A program made the translations under genes and the position numbers. This document shows positions 56,516-64,000 of a DNA stretch of 64,000 nt, piece after piece. The stretch lies in IMG/VR virus record IMGVR_UViG_3300028536_000014, positions 1 through 64,000 of that record, one strand, 5' to 3'. Under the pieces are notes generated by a model. The model saw nothing but the letters and a program-made list of their open reading frames with translations, was not told where the DNA came from and searched no databases. Every line of letters starts with the position of its first letter. The first letter of the stretch is position 1.

Positions 56516-56687
56516 CTACATCACTCCTTAATCAAAAAGTAGAAGACTTGTGGAGTAAAATATTTTACTCCACATAAGTCATTTGTTTTATACAGATCGA
56601 AATAGAGCCTATTTTGATGTTAGCTCCATCCGCATTAAATACGGTAACACTACATTTATTAATGATAATGTTACCGTATGTTTAAGT

Positions 56688-59600
56688 TTACGCACTACCC
56701 TTTATAAAGCCTTGAGCAACAGCCCAGTTTCTTAACTCATTAACCAATGTTACAATCCCATCAGCTTGAACTTGTGTGGTATAACCGAATGGTGCTGTTA
56801 CAGTTGAAGCAGTTGTAGCCACTGCTGCTTGAGCTGCTCCGGATCTTTGTGCTATTGCAGTTACTCCATAGAACCCAAGTTTCTGAGTTGTTGCAGTACC
56901 AATAACAGTACCAGTACTCGTACCAACTGCAAAATTTATGGCATCGCTAACAGTGATCTGAGCACCTAAGGTGGTCGGTGCATTAAGCGCTAAAGTAGCA
57001 CTTGAATTACCGATGATGACAGCACCACTTGAAGTACCTGTATTAATATTGGTAGCAGTATTGTTACTAACATTGATGTTAGTAATACCTAAGAACTGTG
57101 CAGCAATATTAGTCGTAGCACCTGCTGGTGCTTTAACAGTTAAGCTATAAGCAGTTCCTTGTGCACCAACGTTACCCGCATCAATATAAAGTGCGTGTGT
57201 GTTTGTTGCAGTATTATTCGTACCCTTTACAACAGCACCCGCTATATAAACATTGATAGCGTCTGTTGTTGTAACGGTAGCGTTAGTTGAAGCCAGCGTC
57301 TGTAATAAGAACGACGCCATTGTTTCGATAACAGCTGTACCACTAACTGCTGTAGAACTGTCTGTAAGCGTCTGTGCTTGGACGGAAAAAGAAGTCGCTG
57401 CCGTACCCCAAGCTGTTCGTGTAACGCCTCCTCCGACGAATACACCACCACCAGAGACAGATGCACTACCATGGAAGAAAGATGCCCCTTCAACCCATAA
57501 TGCTCTTGCATTGGTAATAGTTACGTTTGTACCATTAACCGGTGCTCCAGCAATATAAAGAGTGCCAGCATTTGAGTAGGTAACGGATGTATTAGTGGAT
57601 GCAATAGTCGGAATACCAATTGCATTGATAGCAGCGTTCGTGACAGTACCAGACGTGGCTGTTGAGCTGTCAGTATATGTGGCTGCATCAGTACGTATGT
57701 TGATACCGTTCGTATTCCATGCAGCAGCACTAATAGCTCCTAGGGTATGTAAACGGGCTGCTCCAGTTCCACCGATACCCAAACCAGTTCCTGATGCGAA
57801 TGTTAAACCGGAGTTATCGGTTAAACGTCCACCTGTTGTTGAAAGAGCAACTCGTCCTGATGTTAAAGCAATATCAGTCAGAGCAATCGTCTTTCTAGCA
57901 GTACCTGTTGTAATCGTAAATGATAAAGTATCGGTTACGAATTCAACCACACCCGCTACTGCTGATGTATTAAGCACCCCAGAAGTAAACTTCAAAGGAG
58001 ATAAAGTTGTCGTACCAGCAAATACTGTTATAGGTCCAGCCAGTGAAATCGTATTTGCTGTATTACCAATTGTAACTGCGGATGATGTTGTACCTGTACC
58101 AATGCCAACAGTAAAATTGGAAGATGAATTAATTAATACAGCGCCACCAGCAGAAGTAAATGCTCCGGTAACTGTAGTAGGAGCCAACAATGCTAATGTG
58201 TTAGCTGAATTTCCTATCGTTACTGCAGAAGTAGTACTTCCAGTACTAATATTGACAGCAAAGTTAGAAGATGGATTAAGATTAATAGCACCACCAGCCG
58301 ATGTAAATGTTCCTGTAACTGTCAAAACAGTTGTAGGATCTACAGTACCACCGATCTGAGTATTACCATTAATGACATTCATGGCTGTGCCAGTCATTCT
58401 TAGGTTATACTTACCAGTAGCTGATGCTATTAATCCTTGAAAAGCGGTAGCGTTTCCAGATCCTTTTGTTTGATCTGAAACACTAAACCCTGTTAATGAA
58501 GTTGCAGTCGCTCTACCTATGTTAGGAACATTGAATCCTAATATTGAACTGGTAAAGTCTCCTGTACCAGAAAGACTGGGTACAGAACAGGAGAAATATG
58601 TCCAAGCTCCAAAATTACCAGTTGATGTAGCTGACGATTGTGGTAAAACTGTAACACCTGTACCTGCCACATGTCCTGCATTAGAAACTCTTGGTATGAT
58701 GTATGAACAAACAATATTCATAGTAGCCGCAACAGTGTGTGATGCTACTAATTGAATACGACTTGCTGCAATAGAAGAAGCTGTTTGTATAGCACCTGTT
58801 ACATTGAGTTCATCTACCTTTCCGGTAACGTTAGATGCACCTCCGGAATCAAGAGATCCCATATAACGAAGTACATTACCGTAAGTAATTCCTGTAGGGA
58901 ATACTCCACCAGGAATCTGGCCTAACGTGTTTGCTGGATCGATCGATGTAGTCTGATAATTTAATTGACCTGTTAATAATGCAGATCCATTAATTTGAAG
59001 TGTGGTTGCTAGATCATCGGTTGTTCCTCCAACCAACGTTCTTCCACCACTACCTTGTATCATCAGAGATCGAAGAGTTCCAGTACCGCCGTTTTGGGTT
59101 TCGATTCTATATAAATTATTAGTGTTATCCCAGAAAATAGATCCTCTTTCATAATTCGTCAGAGTTGTTTCAAGAGTGTTATATAAGTTAAATTTAACTC
59201 TTGGATCAGTTCCTGAAATTGGAAGATGAGTTTCTAATATATTGCTATTAGAATCAAATACTCTGTAATAAGGACCTGTCTGTGATGCGATACCTTGAAT
59301 TGAAAAGACGGTATCGGTAACAATACTGCCTGATATAGATAAAATACCTAAATTACTACCCGATGCAATATTGAATCCAGCACCAGAAGTAAATTCCTTA
59401 TATCCTGTTATTACTTCGCTTCCTGCTAAATGAACAACAGAACTATCGGTTGCTTTAGCTGCTAAATCTGTAGTCAATCCAGAAACTTGGGACTCACTAA
59501 TTGATCCAGTAATAGAGACAGCATTACCAGTAATATTACCATTTATTTTGGAACCAGCCAAAGCGGTTATCCAAGAAGGATCATTATAAGAACCTGATGT

Positions 59601-60866
59601 AAGAACAACAGGATCCGCAATACCATATCCACTCAATGATGTAGGAGTTGACCCAATCTGAGCGAATGTGTAATCGCCTATTTGAGCAGTCACTGCTCCA
59701 ACTCGAGTATTAAACGATGCAACACCAGCAGCAGCTGTTATAGCTGAAGTTACGAATGCCGTTGTTGCCAGTTGTGTTGTATTAGTCCCACCTGAAGCTG
59801 TTGGCGCAGCAGGTGTACCTGTAAATGTCGGACTGTTAAGTGGCGCCTTAGCAGCAAGATCACTCGTCAAACTAGTAACTTGAGATTCTGAAATAGACCC
59901 GGTAATAGAAGCAGAATTACCAGTAATGTTACCTGAGATCTTAGAACCAGCAAGTCCTGTTATCCAAGAAGGATCACTATACGACCCACTAGTCAATACG
60001 ATTGGATCCGTAATACCATACCCGGATAATGTCGTGGGTTTAGAACCGATCTGAGCGAACGTGTAGTCACCAATCTGCTGAATAACTATTCCAATTCGTC
60101 CAAAAACTGATACAACAGGAGCGGCAATATTCCCAATTGCAACCATAACGAATTCTGTCGTTGCAAGCTGTGTAGAGCTATCAGCAACTGTTGCAGTAGG
60201 ACCAGTAGGTATACCTGTGAATGTAGGACTGTTAAGTGGCGCTTTAGCTGATAAAACAGTTGTTAAACCTGTTACTTGACTTTGACTAATTGATCCAGTA
60301 ATAGAAACGGCATTACCAGTAATATTACCGGAGATTTTAGAACCAGCCAGAGAAGTGATCCAAGAAGGATCTGAATAAGATCCACTCGTAAGAACAACAG
60401 GATCAGTAACACCATATCCTGACAATGTCGTAGGTTTAGAACCGATCTGCACAAATGTGTAATCGCCAGATTGGGCAACAACAGCACCTGTTCTTGAAAA
60501 GACACTCGTAACATCACCTCCGCCACCACCGGAAGATTGTGCTGAACCTGATCGAGGAACGTTAGAAGTGACAGCAGTTAAATTAATGTCACCACTGATC
60601 CAAGAATGTGAACTCACTGAAATAAATTGATATCCAGCAACATCAAGTAAAACATCAGTATTGATACCAGTGGTTAAATCAACAATATTCCCATTCTCAT
60701 CATAAAGGTTAAGTGTATACCCCTGACCAGATTGAGCAACAAAACCTTCAATGACAACATTAGCGTTATAAGTACCGTTTATATTTAAACCAACACAAGC
60801 GGTATCTTCAGAAATTGGTATTCGAAAATTGTCAATGGACTGACTAAGTGTTTTTCTGATGAGCAT
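56688..60866 (-). CDS. Long tail fibre / receptor-binding protein
   Basis: 1392 aa T/S/G/A-rich; KAPLNSPTFTG.P.APT and KPTTLSGYGITD fibre motifs; internal repeats. Confidence 0.85.
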   Translation of the reverse strand: MLIRKTLSQSIDNFRIPISEDTACVGLNINGTYNANVVIEGFVAQSGQGYTLNLYDENGNIVDLTTGINTDVLLDVAGYQFISVSSHSWISGDINLTAVTSNVPRSGSAQSSGGGGGDVTSVFSRTGAVVAQSGDYTFVQIGSKPTTLSGYGVTDPVVLTSGSYSDPSWITSLAGSKISGNITGNAVSITGSISQSQVTGLTTVLSAKAPLNSPTFTGIPTGPTATVADSSTQLATTEFVMVAIGNIAAPVVSVFGRIGIVIQQIGDYTFAQIGSKPTTLSGYGITDPIVLTSGSYSDPSWITGLAGSKISGNITGNSASITGSISESQVTSLTSDLAAKAPLNSPTFTGTPAAPTASGGTNTTQLATTAFVTSAITAAAGVASFNTRVGAVTAQIGDYTFAQIGSTPTSLSGYGIADPVVLTSGSYNDPSWITALAGSKINGNITGNAVSITGSISESQVSGLTTDLAAKATDSSVVHLAGSEVITGYKEFTSGAGFNIASGSNLGILSISGSIVTDTVFSIQGIASQTGPYYRVFDSNSNILETHLPISGTDPRVKFNLYNTLETTLTNYERGSIFWDNTNNLYRIETQNGGTGTLRSLMIQGSGGRTLVGGTTDDLATTLQINGSALLTGQLNYQTTSIDPANTLGQIPGGVFPTGITYGNVLRYMGSLDSGGASNVTGKVDELNVTGAIQTASSIAASRIQLVASHTVAATMNIVCSYIIPRVSNAGHVAGTGVTVLPQSSATSTGNFGAWTYFSCSVPSLSGTGDFTSSILGFNVPNIGRATATSLTGFSVSDQTKGSGNATAFQGLIASATGKYNLRMTGTAMNVINGNTQIGGTVDPTTVLTVTGTFTSAGGAINLNPSSNFAVNISTGSTTSAVTIGNSANTLALLAPTTVTGAFTSAGGAVLINSSSNFTVGIGTGTTSSAVTIGNTANTISLAGPITVFAGTTTLSPLKFTSGVLNTSAVAGVVEFVTDTLSFTITTGTARKTIALTDIALTSGRVALSTTGGRLTDNSGLTFASGTGLGIGGTGAARLHTLGAISAAAWNTNGINIRTDAATYTDSSTATSGTVTNAAINAIGIPTIASTNTSVTYSNAGTLYIAGAPVNGTNVTITNARALWVEGASFFHGSASVSGGGVFVGGGVTRTAWGTAATSFSVQAQTLTDSSTAVSGTAVIETMASFLLQTLASTNATVTTTDAINVYIAGAVVKGTNNTATNTHALYIDAGNVGAQGTAYSLTVKAPAGATTNIAAQFLGITNINVSNNTATNINTGTSSGAVIIGNSSATLALNAPTTLGAQITVSDAINFAVGTSTGTVIGTATTQKLGFYGVTAIAQRSGAAQAAVATTASTVTAPFGYTTQVQADGIVTLVNELRNWAVAQGFIKGSA
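59450..60512 (-). repeat. Three tandem ~131-132 aa repeats in the tail fibre
   Basis: Units start at 60512 (VTSVFSRTG), 60116 (VVSVFGRIG) and 59723 (VASFNTRVG); spacing 396 and 393 nt. Confidence 0.9.
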
Positions 60867-61470
60867 TTAGTCTCTCTTTTGATTTTAATGTAAGTTCCCC
60901 ATTATGCAAGTATCCATGCCAATCGCGCCAGACAATTGAACCAGCTCCAGCTTGACAGGTGTGGCCGTTTTTATCAACGTGTAGCATTTCGCCAAACGTT
61001 CCATGTCGTACCCAACAGCGGTGTGTATCATCATTATTCATCGTACAATTACTTGCACGACTTTCAGGATACCACCAACCGCCGTCATACATGACAACAG
61101 CAATTGCTAAACCATCTATGCCATATCGACGTGGATAAGACTGATGATTGTCTAGTTGTCGACTCGCAATTAACAATGCACCAAATGGTAACTTACCAAA
61201 GATGACTTCACCAGTATCGGATCGTTTATATCTTGGTGAGCCTCTACCACTATAGTCATCAGAAGTGAAAAGGTAACCACATGCACAGTTCTTCGGTGCA
61301 TGTGGCCATCCATACGGTTCTTCACCTTCCACTCGTTCTATGGGTTCTGATTCTGCTTCATGGTAATCGCCATATATCGGACACGGTCCTTTACTTAATG
61401 CAGAATAAACCCAATCAACTATGGGTAGTTTTTCAACCCAAAATGTCTTAGTTTCAACATTAGAGTTCAT
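60844..61470 (-). CDS. Cys/His-rich hypothetical phage protein
   Basis: SRASNCT...HRCWVRHG...TCQAGAGSI...WHGYLHNGEL. Confidence 0.7.
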   Translation of the reverse strand: MNSNVETKTFWVEKLPIVDWVYSALSKGPCPIYGDYHEAESEPIERVEGEEPYGWPHAPKNCACGYLFTSDDYSGRGSPRYKRSDTGEVIFGKLPFGALLIASRQLDNHQSYPRRYGIDGLAIAVVMYDGGWWYPESRASNCTMNNDDTHRCWVRHGTFGEMLHVDKNGHTCQAGAGSIVWRDWHGYLHNGELTLKSKERLNAHQKNT

Positions 61471-61511
61471 GACCCGTCTACATGAAAAGATAAATCTTTG
61501 ATTAACATGAT

Positions 61512-62414
61512 TTATGGAATCGTTGATGGTAAAGTATATGTATCACCATAATAACGACCACCAACTGTTAAACAGGCTGCTGTAAAGAGTTTTGCATCAA
61601 GAGTTTCAATAGTTGAGTAACTACGTCCAGATACCGTTCTATCTTCCATATATAAACGATAAACAATATTGGACGATGTATGGTTTCCATATACGTTATG
61701 ATCATTAAAAGGTGAAACTAATCCCCATGCGGCAAGGATATTAAACCAACTTGAAGTTGTACCAGTATGAACTGTAGGTGACCAGGCTGAAAAAGTAGGA
61801 CCTGTATAAATAGACGATGGAGGATTGATAGTTGTGTTACCCGCTTGTGCGCCACCCGTAGTCGTATAAGGTTGACGATACGTCAAGAAATTAGCAGTTG
61901 ACGCACCGATAATCATATCAACACCGCCACCACTAACAGTAGCTGGTCGCGTGATATTACGCCAAGCTGAGAAATAATAAGCATGATCGGGATTGGCTAA
62001 GACGTAGCTAATAATACCACTCGGTAATACAATACTTGCACCACCATTATCTACTGTGTCATATACTTGTGAGATAATACCATGTAAACCACCGAGTGTT
62101 GAGCGCTCGAAAAATTTCCTAGTATTAGCACCGCTATTAACCGTAGAAGTATTCATACTAGAAGGAGATAATGCAAGCGAATTGATATCTCCACTACCTA
62201 CGAGAGATTTCGCTTGATTCCACGCAATATTTGGAATTGAATTTGATCCAGATGGAATTCCACTAAGTGGATTTGCCCAATGGTTCAATTCGACTAAAGC
62301 AATACCACCTTGTTGTGGTAATATAAGATCGTAATCATCCCGCCACGGAAGAGTTGAATCAGGATCAACAGTGGAGGGAATCTTGATTCTAAGGCCGGTA
62401 ATGATAGCAGTCAT
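61512..62414 (-). CDS. Tail-associated / lectin-like beta protein
   Basis: 300 aa, co-oriented in the tail-fibre module. Confidence 0.55.
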   Translation of the reverse strand: MTAIITGLRIKIPSTVDPDSTLPWRDDYDLILPQQGGIALVELNHWANPLSGIPSGSNSIPNIAWNQAKSLVGSGDINSLALSPSSMNTSTVNSGANTRKFFERSTLGGLHGIISQVYDTVDNGGASIVLPSGIISYVLANPDHAYYFSAWRNITRPATVSGGGVDMIIGASTANFLTYRQPYTTTGGAQAGNTTINPPSSIYTGPTFSAWSPTVHTGTTSSWFNILAAWGLVSPFNDHNVYGNHTSSNIVYRLYMEDRTVSGRSYSTIETLDAKLFTAACLTVGGRYYGDTYTLPSTIP

Positions 62415-62428
62415 TGTTTCAATCCTAG

Positions 62429-64000
62429 TTAAAAGAGAGCGGGCAACGACTGCCCACTGTCGGTAGTTGCCCAGCCAAGTGTACGAATTTGGTTATAGAT
62501 ACGAAGAGCGATAAATTTATCACCGAAGCTATTTGGATGTTCGAAATCATTATTAGCGTGGTCTCGCATTCCACTAGGAATTTGTCCATTAGCAAGATCA
62601 ATCGCATCGGTACTTCCATTGCTGTACGCACCATAATTATCCGGAACAAAACCTATGTAAGCCATCTCAGCTGTTGTAGGTGGTGAGTTATTGACCTCAA
62701 CATAAGTCAACGGACCCTGCGCTTGAATAGCTGTATTGATTGTTATCTGAGCAGCGTGATCGGTCATATTACCGGCGATGCTAATAATCGATACTCGTAA
62801 CTGTTTCTGATTGTACGATTTAATATAAGCTTTACCCAATGTTAAATCTGTAGTGATAGCGGTTTGATTAGGACCATTACGACCCCATAGACAGATTTGT
62901 ACAAAAGTCTGAAGAGATACACCGATATCGGTAACAAATGCTGCACCACCAGACGGTATTGTTACCGTACTTGTTGGCCCAGTAGATGGGGTAAATGTCA
63001 TACCTGTAGGTTGACCATTACCATCATAACCGGTAGCGTTTAATGTACCATGAACAGAAGTAGAAACTCCACCTACTGTACCCGTAACGGTACCTGTTAC
63101 AGTTCCAATGTTACCAGAAGTCTGATTGGTGATAAGACCAACTGTGAACCCAACAGCTAATGCTGAAGTACTTCCAGACGGGATTTGATTACTTGGAAAT
63201 GTTAACAAAGTAGGATTACCACCTTGTAATGCTACAATCTGATCAGCGGTATAACCACCAACTCCATACCGACTTGTTGTATATTTGGTTGCACCACCCG
63301 CTGCCAAAAATGTACCAAGTTGTGCCATATATGTTGTGCCAGCTGGATGCGAACTATAAGTTTCGCTATCACCAATACCAACAAAAGTACTATCAGCATT
63401 AACAGGCCATAGTTGTGTACTGGTCCCATCTGCTTTACAATACATCTCACGTCCGTCTCCATCACTCCAAAATAAGACATTATTGTTATTGTCTAATTCT
63501 GGATTACGATAAGGAGATGAACCGGAAGTTAATTGCAAACTCTGAGATGTGGTTTTGTTAAATGAATGGATTTGCAGAATTCCATTAACATCGTATCGAG
63601 ACTGTACTGTAAATGAATTATTAGCACTTGCACTACCACCTCCACCAAATCGAGTGGAAAGGTTGACTGTGGGTAAATCAGCCATTTTAGCATCACTCGG
63701 TATCATCATCCGAGATGGAGAAAACCCATTGGCTTTATCCCATTCAAATAACAACCGATTAGCCCAAGTAGCACTTAGAACCCCAGTACCATCAAACTGT
63801 TGCCCTACACCAATCAGCATAGAACTAATAATAGATGACAACAATCGCGATGTAATAGCTGATGTAACATCATCATCTATTGTTGTATTTGCTGGTAATG
63901 TTGCTTTTCGTGGATAAAATCCATTCGTGGGATCTATTGTTGCATAAAGTCGATTACTAATTAAGATATCGAGTTCTGTTCCTGGTGCGTTATATAAATT
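62429..64000 (-). CDS. SGNH/GDSL esterase-domain tail-associated protein; N-terminus lies beyond the window
   Basis: Frame open to 64000 (NLYNAPGTELD...); FVGIGDSET, GVGGYTADQI, LWGRNG, DFEHPN (S-G-N-H blocks). Confidence 0.75.
   Translation of the reverse strand, partial: NLYNAPGTELDILISNRLYATIDPTNGFYPRKATLPANTTIDDDVTSAITSRLLSSIISSMLIGVGQQFDGTGVLSATWANRLLFEWDKANGFSPSRMMIPSDAKMADLPTVNLSTRFGGGGSASANNSFTVQSRYDVNGILQIHSFNKTTSQSLQLTSGSSPYRNPELDNNNNVLFWSDGDGREMYCKADGTSTQLWPVNADSTFVGIGDSETYSSHPAGTTYMAQLGTFLAAGGATKYTTSRYGVGGYTADQIVALQGGNPTLLTFPSNQIPSGSTSALAVGFTVGLITNQTSGNIGTVTGTVTGTVGGVSTSVHGTLNATGYDGNGQPTGMTFTPSTGPTSTVTIPSGGAAFVTDIGVSLQTFVQICLWGRNGPNQTAITTDLTLGKAYIKSYNQKQLRVSIISIAGNMTDHAAQITINTAIQAQGPLTYVEVNNSPPTTAEMAYIGFVPDNYGAYSNGSTDAIDLANGQIPSGMRDHANNDFEHPNSFGDKFIALRIYNQIRTLGWATTDSGQSLPALF

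Noticed and set aside
32883-56574. Long perfect palindromes (32883, 54416, 56549) as mobile-element ends or origins
   Set aside because: Each has a unique sequence and lies right after a stop codon next to U/A tracts, consistent with ordinary intrinsic terminators
57242-58755. Several overlapping or antisense ORFs within the tail fibre gene (e.g. 57595-58359)
   Set aside because: Shadow ORFs from T/S/G/A codon bias
1-64000. tRNA/rRNA genes
   Set aside because: No cloverleaf or TTCGA T-loop context was seen in intergenic regions by eye; a tRNAscan run would be needed to exclude them fully

Overview
This is a 64 kb segment of an AT-rich (roughly 35% GC by eye) phiKZ-like, nucleus-forming jumbo phage (Chimalliviridae-type). 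Bases 1-36.6 kb hold the conserved core block, mostly on the minus strand and in phiKZ gp89 to gp63 order: virion/baseplate proteins, the exonuclease half of the split family-B DNA polymerase, a virion RNAP beta' subunit, an SF2 helicase, non-virion RNAP beta/beta'/sigma-like subunits, probable PicA(Imp1) and ChmC orthologues, and an Mre11/SbcD nuclease. Next come accessory small ORFs driven by a repeated early-promoter motif, nrdB/nrdA, and a tail-fibre/SGNH-esterase module running off the right end. phiKZ gp-number assignments rest on recalled synteny and size, not alignment. The standout is 46.3-50.0 kb. A GC-rich gene encodes a nuclease-less Nop/IS110-C-terminal-domain protein. Directly upstream on the same strand lies a ~2.3 kb non-coding array of about 62 units of 36 nt, each built as 9-nt repeat, 9-nt spacer, second 9-nt repeat, 9-nt spacer. 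This is a TIGR-Tas (TasA-type) RNA-guided system wired into the phage's own early promoters. Other notable observations: a probable programmed -1 frameshift fusing two core genes (G/GT-like chaperone pair), a probable AUU start for the PicA-like gene, a Hint-like insertion in NrdA, and a DUF4326/NADAR-like/SLOG triple fusion. No tRNA, rRNA or CRISPR array was seen.
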